A stretch of DNA of 64,000 nucleotides. Origin: Gammaproteobacteria bacterium. Lineage in GTDB: Bacteria; Pseudomonadota; Gammaproteobacteria; Ga0077536. The position numbers and the translations under genes were made by a program. Below the pieces are notes generated by a model. The model was not told the DNA's origin, did not search any database, and was given only the letters and a program-made list of their open reading frames with translations. The DNA lies in assembly GCA_035325705.1 (NCBI GenBank), contig DAOKZI010000007.1, positions 50,189-114,188 on the forward strand, in the 5' to 3' direction. This document shows, piece by piece, positions 46,391 through 56,872 of this stretch (its first letter is position 1; every line of letters begins with the position of its first letter).

Positions 46391-47263
46391 ATGAAATTCG
46401 GCAAGTACGGCGTCTTCACCTTCACGGACGTCTTGGGACCGGCGGAGCTCGCCGAGCTGGCACAGCGCGTCGAGGCCCTCGGCTATTCGACGCTGTGGTA
46501 TCCGGAGGCCTTCAACTACGAGACCTTCGCGCTGGGCGCCTATCTGCTGTCGCACAGCAAGTCGCTGCTGGTCGCGAGCGGCATCGCGAACATCTACGCG
46601 CGCGATCCCGCGGCCTCGGTGATGGGCCACAACAGCTTGAATGCGCTCTACGGCGGTCGCTTCGTGCTCGGTCTGGGCGTCTCTCATGCGCCGCTCGTCG
46701 CCGACATGCGCGGCCATGAATACACGCAGCCGCTGGCGACGATGCGCCGGTATCTGGACGCGATGGATCGGGCCTGGAAGGCGCTGGGCCAGGAAGGGGT
46801 CGCCAAACAGCTCGTGCTCGCCGCGCTGGGGCCGAACATGAGCAAGCTCGCCGCCGAGCGCACGCTCGGGTCTTTCCCCTACAACATCACGCCGGCCCAG
46901 GCCGCCGCGTCGCGGGCGCAGATGGGCGCCCGGGCCGCGGTGATCTGCGAGCAGAAGGTCTGCCTGTGCACCGACGCCGCGACCGCGCGCAAGGCGGCCC
47001 GCGCCGCGCTGGGTCCCTATCTGCCGCTGCCGAACTATTACAAGAACTGGTTCCGGCTCGGCTTCGACGAGCAGGATCTGAAGGACGGCGGCAGCGATCG
47101 CCTGATGGACGCGATGGTGCTGTGGGGCGATGCGGCGTCGATCAAGTCGCGCCTGCAGGCGTATTTCGAGCAGGGCGCCGATCAGGTCGTGATCCAGCCG
47201 ATCAAGCCCGACGGCTCGGTCGGCCCGGACTGGGCGGCGCTCGAGGCGCTGGCGCCGAAATAG
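46391..47263 (+). CDS. LLM-class F420-dependent-like oxidoreductase
   Basis: [22 protein letters not shown]... 290 aa. Confidence 0.8.
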   Translation: MKFGKYGVFTFTDVLGPAELAELAQRVEALGYSTLWYPEAFNYETFALGAYLLSHSKSLLVASGIANIYARDPAASVMGHNSLNALYGGRFVLGLGVSHAPLVADMRGHEYTQPLATMRRYLDAMDRAWKALGQEGVAKQLVLAALGPNMSKLAAERTLGSFPYNITPAQAAASRAQMGARAAVICEQKVCLCTDAATARKAARAALGPYLPLPNYYKNWFRLGFDEQDLKDGGSDRLMDAMVLWGDAASIKSRLQAYFEQGADQVVIQPIKPDGSVGPDWAALEALAPK

Positions 47264-47345
47264 GCTTGCGCGACCGCGCGGCACGGCCGGATCGTGTGCG
47301 CGCGGAAGACGTTTCCACCGCAGATCCGGCATGAGGGGAGCAGCG

Positions 47346-48488
47346 ATGAGCGAGATTCGATCGTTCCGATTCGAGGTGCCCGACAGCGCGCTGGAAGACT
47401 TGCAGCGCCGCCTCGCGCATACGCGCTGGCCCGAGCGCGAGACGCCGGACGACTGGAGCCAAGGCATCCCGCTCGCGTACATGCGCGAAGTCGTCGACTA
47501 CTGGCAGACGCGCTACGACTGGCGGCGCTGCGAGGCGCGCCTGAACGCATATCCGCAGTTCATCACCGAGATCGACGGCTGCGACATACAGTTCATGCAT
47601 ATCCGCTCGCCGCATCCGCACGCGCTGCCGATGGTGATGACGCACGGCTGGCCGGGATCGATCATCGAATTCATGAAGGTCGTCGATCCGCTGGTCGATC
47701 CGGTTGCGCACGGCGGCGACGCGCGCGACGCCTTCGACCTCGTGTGCCCGAGCCTGCCGGGCTTCGGTTTCTCCGGCAAGCCGACGGCACCCGGCTGGAA
47801 GATCCAGCGCATCGGTCGCGCCTGGGGGGAGCTGATGGCGCGTCTCGGCTATGAGCGCTGGGTGGCGCAGGGCGGCGACTGGGGCTCGGCCGTCACCCAC
47901 TGCATCGCGATGTCGGAGACCGATCGCTGCGCGGCGATCCACGTCAACATGCCGCTGGTGAGCCCGAGCCCGGAGCTGATGCAGAACCTCGACGAGCTCG
48001 AGCGCGGCGCGCTGGCGAGCTGGCAGCACTATCAGGACTGGGACTCGGGCTATTCGAAGCAGCAGAGCACGCGGCCGCAGACGCTCGGCTATGCGCTCGT
48101 CGATTCGCCGGTCGGGCAGTGCGCGTGGATCCTCGAGAAGTTCTGGGCCTGGACCGACAGCGACGGCCATCCCGAGAACGTGCTGACGCGCGAGGAGCTG
48201 CTCGACAACGTGATGATGTACTGGCTGCCGGCCTGCGGCGCCTCGTCCGCGCGGATCTACTGGGAGAGCTTCTCGGTGCTGCTGCAGAAACACCAGCAGA
48301 TCACCATTCCCGCCGGCGTCAGCGTGTTCCCGCACGAGATCTTCCGCGCCTCGCGCCGTTGGTGCGAAGAGCGCTATCCGCAGCTCCTGCATCACAACGT
48401 GTTGCCGAAAGGCGGCCACTTCGCCGCCTTCGAACAGCCGCGCGTATTCGTCGACGAAGTGCGCACGACGTTCAGATCGCTGCGTTGA
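47346..48488 (+). CDS. Epoxide hydrolase (microsomal-EH-like alpha/beta hydrolase with EH N-terminal domain)
   Basis: RBS GAGGGGAG. HGWPGS oxyanion motif, GGDWGS nucleophile. 380 aa. Confidence 0.8.
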   Translation: MSEIRSFRFEVPDSALEDLQRRLAHTRWPERETPDDWSQGIPLAYMREVVDYWQTRYDWRRCEARLNAYPQFITEIDGCDIQFMHIRSPHPHALPMVMTHGWPGSIIEFMKVVDPLVDPVAHGGDARDAFDLVCPSLPGFGFSGKPTAPGWKIQRIGRAWGELMARLGYERWVAQGGDWGSAVTHCIAMSETDRCAAIHVNMPLVSPSPELMQNLDELERGALASWQHYQDWDSGYSKQQSTRPQTLGYALVDSPVGQCAWILEKFWAWTDSDGHPENVLTREELLDNVMMYWLPACGASSARIYWESFSVLLQKHQQITIPAGVSVFPHEIFRASRRWCEERYPQLLHHNVLPKGGHFAAFEQPRVFVDEVRTTFRSLR

Positions 48489-48540
48489 GGTCGTAGGTTG
48501 CAGTGAAAGAGATGTCGCGGCCGCTATCGATGCGCCGATC

Positions 48541-48856
48541 GCGGATTCCGCTGCGCTCCTTCCGGGCTACGAAGATCGTTCTCTTGTAGCCCGGAAGGAG
48601 CGCCGCGCAGCGGCGCGGAATCCGGGACGAGCCTACAAACGCTCCGTAGATCTCCTAGCCCGGGTGGAGCGCGCAGCGCGCAACCCGGGATCGGGCTTTT
48701 CCGCGCGATGAAGATCCCGGGTTCCGCTACGCTGCACCCGGGCTACGAAGACTCGACGTCTGCTTCTTCGTAGCCCGGAAGGAGCGCCGCGCGGTGGCGC
48801 GGAATCCGGGACACGCCGCGCCCGGGTTCCGCTTCGCTCCTTCCAGGCTACCAATG
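48541..48856. repeat. Nest of five REP-like elements (B half, B hairpin, A full 48655-48750, B hairpin, B half)
   Basis: Successive GTAGCCCGG...CCGGGA(T) palindromes with A- and B-type arm sequences. Confidence 0.85.
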
Positions 48857-48905
48857 CCTCGTAGGCCTATGGCCGTCGATCCGATGCCGCCGGCCGCCCG
48901 ACGGC

Positions 48906-49508
48906 TCAGGACTGCGCGAGCTTCTTCGCCGTCTCCGCGATCTTGCGGCCCTGATAGCGCGCGCCGCCCAGCTCGTTTTCCGAGGGCTGACGCGAGCCGT
49001 CGCCGCCGGCGATGGTGGTCGCGCCGTAAGGCGAACCGCCGGCGACTTCGTCCAGCGTCGTCTGCCCGGCATAGCCGTAGTCGAGGCCGACGATCACCAT
49101 GCCGAAGTGGAGCAGGTTGGCAATGATCGAGAACAGCGTCATCTCCTGCCCACCGTGCTGGGTCGCGGTCGACGTGAAGGCCCCGCCGACCTTGCCGTGC
49201 AGCGCCCCGCGCGCCCACAGGCCGCCGGCCTGATCGAGGAAGTTCGCCATCTGCGACGCCATGCGACCGAAGCGCGTGCCGACGCCGACGACGATCGCGT
49301 CGTAGTTCGCGAGCTCCTCGATCTTCGCGATCGGCGCCTTTTGATCGCGCTTGTAGTGCGCCTTCTGCGCGATCTCGTCCGGCACCAGCTCGGGCACCCG
49401 CTTGATGTCGACTTCGGCGCCGGCCTCGCGTGCGCCGGCGGCGACGGCTTCGGCCATCTGCTCGATGTGGCCGTAGGACGAGTAATAGAGCACGAGAACC
49501 TTGGGCAT
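48906..49508 (-). CDS. wrbA: NAD(P)H:quinone oxidoreductase, flavodoxin-like
   Basis: [23 protein letters not shown]... 200 aa. Confidence 0.9.
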   Translation of the reverse strand: MPKVLVLYYSSYGHIEQMAEAVAAGAREAGAEVDIKRVPELVPDEIAQKAHYKRDQKAPIAKIEELANYDAIVVGVGTRFGRMASQMANFLDQAGGLWARGALHGKVGGAFTSTATQHGGQEMTLFSIIANLLHFGMVIVGLDYGYAGQTTLDEVAGGSPYGATTIAGGDGSRQPSENELGGARYQGRKIAETAKKLAQS

Positions 49509-49555
49509 GATGCACCCTCCTTGCTGGGACGTGGGATCTTTGGATCAGGGACAAG

Positions 49556-50263
49556 CTACGACGCGCCGGGCAAATCGAATACCAGCACTTCGGCCGCGCT
49601 GCCGGCGCGGAGTTCGAGTTGCGGCGTGTCGGACAACTTCAATGCATCGCCGCCGGCGAGGACGACGCCGTTGACCGTCAGCGCGCCGCGCGCGAGATGG
49701 ACATAGGCGCGACGGCCGGCTGCGAGCATGAGCCTCGCCTGCTCGTCCTCATCGAAGAGACCGGCATACACGCGCGCATCCTGATGGAGACGCAGCGCCT
49801 CATCGGACGGCTCGGGCCCGGCGAGGAGACGCAGGCGCCCGCGCCGGTCGGCGAGCGCGAAGTGGCGCTCGGCATAGGCGGGCGCGAGCCCCAGCGCCGG
49901 CGGTTCGATCCAGATCTGCAGCAGATGCAGCGGGGACTCCTGCGAGGCATTGAACTCGCTGTGCCGGACCCCGGTGCCGGCGTTCATGTACTGCACCTCG
50001 CCCGGCCGCAGCACCGAGCGATGACCCATCGAATCGCGGTGCTCGAGCGCGCCGTCGAGCACGTAGGTGAGGATCTCCATGTCGCGATGGCCGTGGGCGC
50101 CGAAGCCCGTGCCCGGCGCGATCCGGTCGTCGTTGATCACGCGCAGCGGCCCGAAGCCGGGGTGGCGCGGATCGCGATAATCGGCGAAGGAAAAGCTGTG
50201 CCAGGACTCCAGCCAGCCGTGATCGGCATGGCCGCGGTCCCCGGCTGCACGTCGTTCGATCAT
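49556..50263 (-). CDS. Pirin family protein (bicupin)
   Basis: HADHGWL...FADYRDPRH...HGHRDMEILTYVL. RBS AGGAG. 235 aa. Confidence 0.8.
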   Translation of the reverse strand: MIERRAAGDRGHADHGWLESWHSFSFADYRDPRHPGFGPLRVINDDRIAPGTGFGAHGHRDMEILTYVLDGALEHRDSMGHRSVLRPGEVQYMNAGTGVRHSEFNASQESPLHLLQIWIEPPALGLAPAYAERHFALADRRGRLRLLAGPEPSDEALRLHQDARVYAGLFDEDEQARLMLAAGRRAYVHLARGALTVNGVVLAGGDALKLSDTPQLELRAGSAAEVLVFDLPGAS

Positions 50264-50299
50264 GGGAAGGCTCCTGAAGGCCGGTGGATGGTGATCAGG

Positions 50300-50369
50300 A
50301 TGCGTCCTGTATTTCTGATAAAAAAGCTCGAATAATGAATCCGATTGATAAATAAAACGGATAGAAAGC
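50300..50369. promoter_or_regulatory. AT-rich divergent promoter region with a LysR-type T-N11-A palindrome
   Basis: ATCCGATTGATAAATAAAACGGAT (ATCCG-N14-CGGAT) between the pirin-wrbA operon and the lysR gene. Confidence 0.5.
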
Positions 50370-51275
50370 ATGGCGACCGGTCCTCGGCCCGTTCCCCGCA
50401 CGACGCTCGACCAATGGGCCGCCTACGCCGCGGTCGTCGATCACGGCGGCTATGCGCAGGCCGCGGCGGTGCTGCACAAGAGCCAGCCCGCCGTCAGCTA
50501 CGCCATCGCGAAGCTGCAGGAGACCCTGGACGTGCCGCTCCTGACGCTGGACGGCCGCAAGGCCAAGCAGACGCCGGTCGGCCGCGCGCTGCTGCAGCGG
50601 GCGCGCCCGCTGCTGCGCGATCTGATGACGCTCGAGCAGCTCGCGAGCCAGCTCAAGCAGGGCTGGGAGCCGGCGCTCGAGCTGGTCGTCGATCTCGCTT
50701 TCCCGCGCGAGCCGCTGCTCGCGATCGTCGCCGAGCTGCAACAGCGCTGCCCGACGATGCAGCTCCGCTGGTCGGACGCCGTGCTGTCCGGCGCCGAAGA
50801 AGCGATCGAGGACGGCAGCGCCGATCTGGTCGTGAGCTCGCGCGTGCCGGCCGGTTTTCTCGGCGACTTCCTCACCTCGATCCGCTTCGTCGCGGTCGCG
50901 AGCCCGCGACATCCGCTGTGCGCGAGCGAGCCCCCGCTCATGCCCGAAGATCTGCTGCCGCACACGCACGTCGTGATCCGCGATTCCGGCCGTCGCCATC
51001 CGCGCGACGCCGGCTGGGTCAACGACGAGCGGCGCTGCACGGTCAGCAGCCTCGAGAGCTCGCTCGCGACCGTGAAGGCCGGCCTCGGCTATGCGTGGCT
51101 GCCCGAGCACGTCGTTGCGACGGCGCTCGCCGAGGACGAGCTGCGCATGCTGCCGCTCGCGGTCGGCGCCACGCGCCGGCTCGACCTCTATCTCGTCGTC
51201 GTGCGCCCGGCGCTCGCCGGGCCGGCGACGCGCGCCGCGGTCGATTGCTTCATGCGTCACCGGCCGCCGTCCTGA
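50370..51275 (+). CDS. LysR-family transcriptional regulator
   Basis: N-terminal wHTH ...AAVLHKSQPAVSYAIAKLQETL. 301 aa. Confidence 0.85.
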   Translation: MATGPRPVPRTTLDQWAAYAAVVDHGGYAQAAAVLHKSQPAVSYAIAKLQETLDVPLLTLDGRKAKQTPVGRALLQRARPLLRDLMTLEQLASQLKQGWEPALELVVDLAFPREPLLAIVAELQQRCPTMQLRWSDAVLSGAEEAIEDGSADLVVSSRVPAGFLGDFLTSIRFVAVASPRHPLCASEPPLMPEDLLPHTHVVIRDSGRRHPRDAGWVNDERRCTVSSLESSLATVKAGLGYAWLPEHVVATALAEDELRMLPLAVGATRRLDLYLVVVRPALAGPATRAAVDCFMRHRPPS

Positions 51276-51378
51276 GCCGCCGCGCGCTTTCGCGCGCGGC
51301 GGCTTTGCGGCAGCATGCGGGTAGACCGCGTCCGGATGCCGCGCATCGGCCGCTTTTCATCGCCAGCGAGGAAACGTC

Positions 51379-52566
51379 ATGAATCAGGTCGTCGTCGTCG
51401 ACAACATCCGCACCGGACTCGCGAAGGCCCATCGCGGGACCTTCAATCTCACGCGCGCCGACGAGCTCGTCGCCCACTGCATCGATGCGCTGCTCGCGCG
51501 CAGCCCGGCGCTGGACGCGGCCGAAGTGGACGACGTGGTCGTCGGCGCCGCGCGGCAGACCGGCGAGCAGTCGGCGAATCTCGCGCGGCACGCCGTGGCG
51601 CTGTCGAAGCTGCCGCTGTCGGTGGCGGCGGCGACGATCAGCCGCGCCTGCTCATCCGGCCTGAACGCGATCGCGGTCGCGGCGACGCAGATCATGAGCG
51701 GCTGCGCCGAGGTCGCGCTCGCCGGCGGCGTCGAATCGATCTCTGGCCTCGAGCGCGGCACGCCGGCGAAGTTCGACGATCACCCGCGGCTGCTCGCCGA
51801 GCTGCCGTCGATCTACATGCCGATGGGCAATACCGCCGAGGTCGTCGCGCGGCGCTACAAGGTCACGCGTGAGATGCAGGACGTCTATGCGCTGCAGAGC
51901 CAGCAGCGCTACGCCGCCGCCGTCGAGCGCGGCTTCGTCGCCGACGAGATCGCGCCGATGGCGGTGAAGTGGAAGAAGACGATCGCGAAGGACACGAAGG
52001 AGACCGCGATCGTCGAGGGGCTCGTCGATCGCGACGAATGCAATCGCCCGGACACGACGCTGCAGGGCCTGGCCTCGCTGCCGCCGGCCTTCGAGGAAGG
52101 CGGCACGGTCACCGCCGGCAATTCCTCGCAGCTCTCCGACGGCGCGTCGATGACGCTGCTGATGTCCGAGCGCCGCGCGCAGCAGCTCGGCTTGACGCCG
52201 CTCGCCTATTTCCGCGGTTTCGCGGTCGCGGGCTGCGATCCGGAGGAGATGGGCATCGGCCCGGTGTTCGCGATCCCGAAGCTGCTCAAGTACAAGGGGC
52301 TCACGCTGGCCGACATCGATCTCGTCGAGCTCAACGAGGCTTTTGCCTCGCAGTGCGTGTACTGCCGCGACGCGCTCGGCATCGACAACGAGATCTACAA
52401 CGTCAACGGCGGCTCGATCGCGATCGGCCACCCCTTCGGCATGACGGGATCGCGCCTGACCGGCATCGTCGTGCGCGAGCTGCGCCGCCGCGGCAAGAAG
52501 CTCGGCCTCGTGTCGATGTGCATCGGCAAGGGCATGGGCGCGGCGGGCTTGTTCGAGGCCTGCTGA
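51379..52566 (+). CDS. Acetyl-CoA C-acyltransferase (thiolase II-like)
   Basis: Active-site Cys in ...[12 protein letters not shown]...; C-terminal ...[19 protein letters not shown]... and CIGKGMG. 395 aa. Confidence 0.9.
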   Translation: MNQVVVVDNIRTGLAKAHRGTFNLTRADELVAHCIDALLARSPALDAAEVDDVVVGAARQTGEQSANLARHAVALSKLPLSVAAATISRACSSGLNAIAVAATQIMSGCAEVALAGGVESISGLERGTPAKFDDHPRLLAELPSIYMPMGNTAEVVARRYKVTREMQDVYALQSQQRYAAAVERGFVADEIAPMAVKWKKTIAKDTKETAIVEGLVDRDECNRPDTTLQGLASLPPAFEEGGTVTAGNSSQLSDGASMTLLMSERRAQQLGLTPLAYFRGFAVAGCDPEEMGIGPVFAIPKLLKYKGLTLADIDLVELNEAFASQCVYCRDALGIDNEIYNVNGGSIAIGHPFGMTGSRLTGIVVRELRRRGKKLGLVSMCIGKGMGAAGLFEAC

Positions 52567-52576
52567 GCGAAGATCT

Positions 52577-52671
52577 TCGTAGCCCGGGTGGAGCGCGCAG
52601 CGCGTAACCCGGGATCGGGCATATCGGCGCGTCGAAGATCCCGGGTTTCGCTACGCTACACCCGGGCTACG
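52577..52671. repeat. REP-like type-A element
   Basis: TCGTAGCCCGGGTGGAGCGCGCAGCGCGTAACCCGGGATCGGG ... GATCCCGGGTTTCGCTACGCTACACCCGGGCTACGG. Confidence 0.85.
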
Positions 52672-52678
52672 GAACCGC

Positions 52679-53005
52679 TCACATCATCAACTGACTGAAC
52701 AGCACCAGCGCTTCGCGCTCGCGAGAGGTGATCTGATCGTCGGCGGCGACGAGCTTGCCGATCGCTTCGATGAAGGCCTGCCGGTGCGCGGCCGGGATGT
52801 CCGAGGGATCGATCTCCTCGGGCGCCGGCGGCACCTCGAGCCAGCCCCACACCTGCTTCTTCTCCGCGTCCGTGAAGCGCAGCCGCCGGATACAGTCGGC
52901 GACGAAGAGCTTTTCTTCGCCGCTGACGTCGAGATCGGCCCAGGCGAAGGCGCACACGAACTTCATCAACTGCAGGCGCTGGGCGGAGGACAGGGTGTCG
53001 AACAT
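52679..53005 (-). CDS. TerB-like domain protein
   Basis: 107 aa. ...WADLDVSGEEKLFV... and ...ADDQITSREREAL... repeats resemble the TerB/DjlA-N fold. Confidence 0.45.
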   Translation of the reverse strand: MFDTLSSAQRLQLMKFVCAFAWADLDVSGEEKLFVADCIRRLRFTDAEKKQVWGWLEVPPAPEEIDPSDIPAAHRQAFIEAIGKLVAADDQITSREREALVLFSQLMM

Positions 53006-53033
53006 GACGAGGGCTCGCGATGGAGGAGCTCGA

Positions 53034-53070
53034 TTGTAGCCCGGATGAGCGCAGCGAATCCGGGATCGAT
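53034..53070. repeat. REP-like type-C half element
   Basis: TGTAGCCCGGATGAGCGCAGCGAATCCGGGATCGATCG. Confidence 0.7.
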
Positions 53071-53092
53071 CGCTTCTACCGCCGCCCGGCAT

Positions 53093-53527
53093 TCAGCGCG
53101 CCGCGCAGCCAGTGCTCAACAGGCGCCCTTCCACGCGCTGCGCGAAAGTCATGTTCTTGCCGCCCATCTTGATGCGGAGCTCGCCGACCAGCCCGGCACG
53201 CGTGCGAGTCAATTCGGCCGTGCCCGTCGCCACGCGCGCGCTTTGACAGACGAGCACGTAGCGCCGGCCGTCGGCGCGCTCCTGCGGGAAGCCGAAGGCA
53301 CAGCCGCGCAGCGCGGGCTGGGCCATCACCGGGAAGAAGCCGTGCAGATCCTCGTCGCCGAGACAGCGCGTATGCCGCTCGACGGTGCGGCGCATCTCTT
53401 CGAGGTGCGGCATCTGCATCTGCGCGGCGAGCGCGTATTCGCCGGCGGGCAGCAGCGTCGCAGGCGGATCGGCGAGGGCGGGTCCGGCGAGGAGGGCGGC
53501 GGCGAGCATGAGCAGCGGGAGGCACAT
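53093..53527 (-). CDS. Hypothetical secreted protein (144 aa)
   Basis: Signal peptide MCLPLLMLAAALLAGPALA|DPP. Three Cys. Lies inside a longer spurious 485-aa ORF. Confidence 0.45.
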   Translation of the reverse strand: MCLPLLMLAAALLAGPALADPPATLLPAGEYALAAQMQMPHLEEMRRTVERHTRCLGDEDLHGFFPVMAQPALRGCAFGFPQERADGRRYVLVCQSARVATGTAELTRTRAGLVGELRIKMGGKNMTFAQRVEGRLLSTGCAAR

Positions 53528-53614
53528 CCGCGCAGCCTGCGGCGCGGCGGCCGCGGCGGGCACTCCGTTTCTTGCGCGCTTGATCGCGGCGCGCCGGCTC
53601 GCGAGCATGCGGGC

Positions 53615-54658
53615 ATGGCGCCGCCACCCCGCTTCGGCCTGTCGCGACGCGCGCTGCTCGCGAGCCTGCCCGCGCTCGCCTGCCTGCCGGCGTTGGGCGA
53701 GGCCCGCGGCCGCGTCGGTCTCTGCGTCGACGACGCGCTCGCCGACTACGGCTTCCCGCCGCCGCATCCCTTCTCCCGCGATCGCCAGGCCGCGTTCCTG
53801 CGCGAGGCGCGTGCACGCGGCTTGCTCGAGCGCGTGCGACGCCTGCCTTCGCGCCTCGCCAGCGACGAGGAGCTCGTGCGCTTCCATACGGCCGCCCATA
53901 TCGCACGCGTGAAGACGGCCGCCGAGGCCGGGCTCGCGGCGCTCGACGACGGCGACACGCCGGTCTTCGCCGGCCTGCATGCGGCCGCGGCGCGCGTCGT
54001 CGGCACGGCGCTCGAGGCCTGCGCGCGCATCGTCGCCGGCGAGATCGACATGAGCCTGCAGCCGATCGGCGGCCTGCATCACGCGCGGCGCGAGCGCGCC
54101 GCGGGCTTCTGCGTCTATGACGACTGCGGGGTCGTGATCGAAACCCTGCGCCGCGTGCACGGCGTGCGGCGCATCGCCTACGTCGACATCGACGCACATC
54201 ACGGCGACGGCGTCTTCTACGGCTTCGAGGCCGATCCCGAGCTGATTTTCGCGGACATCCACCAGGACAGCCGCACGCTGTTCCCGGGCACGGGGCTCGC
54301 GAGCGAGACGGGCAAGGGTGCGGCGGGCGGCACCAAGCTCAATCTCGAGCTGCCGCCCGGTGCCGGCGACGAGGCCTTTCGCGCGGCCTTCACGCGCGTC
54401 GAGGCGCACCTCGAAGCCCACGCGCCCGAGTTCATCCTGTTCCAGTGCGGGGCGGACGGCCTCGCAGGAGATCCGCTCGCCCAGCTCGCGCTCAGTCCCG
54501 CCGCGCATCGCCATGCGGCCGCGCGCCTGCGGCGAGCGGCCGAGCGCCATGCCGGCGGGCGCCTGATGGCCTTCGGTGGCGGCGGCTATGCGGCCGCGAA
54601 TTTCGCGCCGGCCTGGTGCGAGGTGCTCGCCGCGCTGCTCGCGGCGCGGACGCGATAG
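53615..54658 (+). CDS. Histone-deacetylase-family (arginase-fold) amidohydrolase with a Tat-like N-terminal signal
   Basis: HDAC motifs ...DIDAHHGDG...GFCVYDD...GGGGY. N-terminus MAPPPRFGLSRRALLASLPALACLPALGEA. The upstream 277 aa of the 624-aa ORF are rejected. Confidence 0.75.
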   Translation: MAPPPRFGLSRRALLASLPALACLPALGEARGRVGLCVDDALADYGFPPPHPFSRDRQAAFLREARARGLLERVRRLPSRLASDEELVRFHTAAHIARVKTAAEAGLAALDDGDTPVFAGLHAAAARVVGTALEACARIVAGEIDMSLQPIGGLHHARRERAAGFCVYDDCGVVIETLRRVHGVRRIAYVDIDAHHGDGVFYGFEADPELIFADIHQDSRTLFPGTGLASETGKGAAGGTKLNLELPPGAGDEAFRAAFTRVEAHLEAHAPEFILFQCGADGLAGDPLAQLALSPAAHRHAAARLRRAAERHAGGRLMAFGGGGYAAANFAPAWCEVLAALLAARTR

Positions 54659-54661
54659 CGC

Positions 54662-54922
54662 TCAGTCCTCGCTGCTCCCGCCCTGGGTCGCAGCCTTCAT
54701 CGCGTCCCAGAACGCCTTGTGCATGCCGTCCAGCGACTGCAGATTCGCGGGCAGGAAGGGCTTCATCAGCGTCACCGGATCGAAGCCGGCCACGCCCTTG
54801 AGCATGTTCTCGCGGATCTTGGCCATCATTTCCTGCTGCAGCGGCTCGATGTCCGGCAGGCCGAAGAAAGTCCGCAGCTCCTGCGGCGTGACGTCGATGT
54901 CGAACCTGATTTTCATGGGCAC
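54662..54922 (-). CDS. Small conserved hypothetical protein (86 aa)
   Basis: Non-repetitive protein-like composition. Stop sits 3 nt from the HDAC-like stop (convergent). Confidence 0.45.
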   Translation of the reverse strand: MPMKIRFDIDVTPQELRTFFGLPDIEPLQQEMMAKIRENMLKGVAGFDPVTLMKPFLPANLQSLDGMHKAFWDAMKAATQGGSSED

Positions 54923-55146
54923 CTCGCATCGGATCCTCGAACCGCACGCAGCGGCATGACGCCTCTTGTACCGAATCGGCGGCCCGTGCGTCCAGCCGAG
55001 GCGCGCGCCGCGTCGGCGCCGGTTGGATGCAGTGCGGGTGCCGGCCGGCCTAAGGCCGTATACTGGCGAGCCACCGGGCGCGGGCCCGGCGCCGGCAGCG
55101 AGGCTGCCGGTCGCGAGATGGCGCAGCGCCTAGACCAGGAAACACA

Positions 55147-56844
55147 GTGGCCGATCAAACCCTCACCGACATACTCTTCGAACATTTCGCCCTGCATCCG
55201 CAAGTGCTGCAGGGACTCAACGACGCGGGCTTCACGCGCTGCACGCCGATCCAGGCCATGACCCTGCCGCTGACGCTGGCGGGCAAGGACGTCGCGGGCC
55301 AGGCGCAGACGGGCACCGGCAAGACCGCGGCCTTTCTCGTCGCGCTCTACAACCGCCTGCTGACGAGCACCGGCCACGCCGCGCGGCGCGCGCAGGATCC
55401 GCGCGCGGTGGTGCTGTCGCCGACCCGCGAGCTCGCCGTGCAGATCGACAAGGACGCGCAGCAGATCGGCCGCCACACGGGCTTGAAGCTCGCGCTGATC
55501 TACGGCGGCGTGGACTACGACAAGCAGCGCCGTCTGCTCGAGGACGGCGTCGACATCATCGTCGCGACGCCGGGCCGCCTCATCGATTTCGTCAAGCAGA
55601 ACACCGTCAGCCTGCGCGCCGTCGAGGTGATGGTGATGGACGAGGCCGATCGCATGTTCGATCTCGGCTTCATCAAGGACATCCGCTTCCTGCTGCGCCG
55701 GATGCCGGGCCCGAGCGAGCGCCAGAACCTGCTGTTCTCGGCGACCTTGAGCCATCGCGTGCTCGAGCTCGCCTACGAGCACATGAACGATCCCGAGAAG
55801 CTGGTCGTCGAGGCCGATACGATCACGGCGGCGAACGTGCGCCAGGTGGTCTATTTCCCGGCCACCGAGGAGAAGATGCCGCTGCTGCTCGGGCTGCTGG
55901 CGAAGAAGGATCCGCAGCGGACGATCGTGTTCGTCAACACCAAGTTCGGCTGCGAGCGCGTGGCGCTGACGCTGGAGCGCGCCGGCTACAAGGTCGGCGT
56001 GCTCTCCGGCGACGTGCCGCAGAAGAAGCGCGAGTCGCTGCTCGCGCGCTTCGTGAAGGGCGAGCTGACGATGCTCGTCGCCACCGACGTCGCGGCGCGC
56101 GGCCTGCACATCCCGGCCGTCAGCCACGTCATCAACTACGACTTGCCGCTGGACGCGGAAGACTACGTGCATCGCATCGGCCGCACCGCGCGGCTCGGCG
56201 CCGAGGGCGACGCGATCAGCTTTGCCTGCGACGAGTATGCGATGAGCCTGCCGGACATCGAGGCCTACATCGAACAGAAGATCCCCGTCGAGCATTTCGA
56301 TCCCTCGATGTTGCTGCCGGTGCCGCGCGGTCGGGCCGCCGCGGCGAGCGGCGAAGGCAAGAGCGTGGTCGAGGATGCGGTCAGCGAAGCGCAGGAAGAA
56401 CGGCGCCGCCGGCGCGAGCGCGACGGCGGAGGGCGTCGCGGCGGTGGCGGCGGGCGCGTCGGCGGCGGTCAGGGACGCAGCGGCCCGCGCAGCGACGCGC
56501 GCGGCGAAGGCCGGAGCGCGGGCCGTCGCGACGGCGAGCGCGGCCGGCGGCCGCCGCGCGAGCAGCAGGCGCCCGCGGACGTCGCGGCGGCGGCGCTGCC
56601 CGCAGTCGAGGCACCGGCGGTGCGTGAGGGCGAGGCCAGCGGTGCGAAGCGCCGGCGCCGGCGGGGCGGCCGCGGCCGCCGCGGCGAGCAGCAGGCCGCG
56701 CTCGAGACACGGACCGCGGAGCTCGCAGGCGCGCCGTCCGATGGCGGCTCGGCGCCGGCCGTGCGGCCGCGCCTGCATACGCGCCTCAAGCAGGCCATCA
56801 AGTCCTGGATCCGGCGGCTCGGCGGGCCGCGCGCGCAGCGCTGA
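55147..56844 (+). CDS. rhlB: DEAD-box ATP-dependent RNA helicase with an Arg/Gly-rich C-terminal tail
   Basis: Q motif, [24 protein letters not shown]-terminal ~130 aa is RGG/RR-rich. GTG start with AGGA RBS. Confidence 0.8.
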   Translation: MADQTLTDILFEHFALHPQVLQGLNDAGFTRCTPIQAMTLPLTLAGKDVAGQAQTGTGKTAAFLVALYNRLLTSTGHAARRAQDPRAVVLSPTRELAVQIDKDAQQIGRHTGLKLALIYGGVDYDKQRRLLEDGVDIIVATPGRLIDFVKQNTVSLRAVEVMVMDEADRMFDLGFIKDIRFLLRRMPGPSERQNLLFSATLSHRVLELAYEHMNDPEKLVVEADTITAANVRQVVYFPATEEKMPLLLGLLAKKDPQRTIVFVNTKFGCERVALTLERAGYKVGVLSGDVPQKKRESLLARFVKGELTMLVATDVAARGLHIPAVSHVINYDLPLDAEDYVHRIGRTARLGAEGDAISFACDEYAMSLPDIEAYIEQKIPVEHFDPSMLLPVPRGRAAAASGEGKSVVEDAVSEAQEERRRRRERDGGGRRGGGGGRVGGGQGRSGPRSDARGEGRSAGRRDGERGRRPPREQQAPADVAAAALPAVEAPAVREGEASGAKRRRRRGGRGRRGEQQAALETRTAELAGAPSDGGSAPAVRPRLHTRLKQAIKSWIRRLGGPRAQR

Positions 56845-56848
56845 GCCG

Positions 56849-56872
56849 GGACGCAGGCCGCCGCGTCAGCCG
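56849..56872. terminator. Possible bidirectional hairpin between convergent rhlB and the PBP7-like gene
   Basis: CCGCCGCGTC-AGCC-GACGCGGCG is a 9-bp stem. It overlaps the 3' end of the minus-strand gene. Confidence 0.3.

Noticed and set aside
52784-53614. N-terminal 277 aa of the 624-aa ORF leading into the HDAC-like gene, and the 485-aa minus ORF (53093-54550)
   Set aside because: The upstream part overlaps the TerB-like and secreted-protein genes on the other strand and lacks HDAC motifs. The start was set at the Met at 53615. Only the C-terminal 144 aa of the minus ORF look real.
54923-55146. Candidate -10 TATACT upstream of rhlB
   Set aside because: No acceptable -35 at 16-18 bp spacing, so left unannotated.
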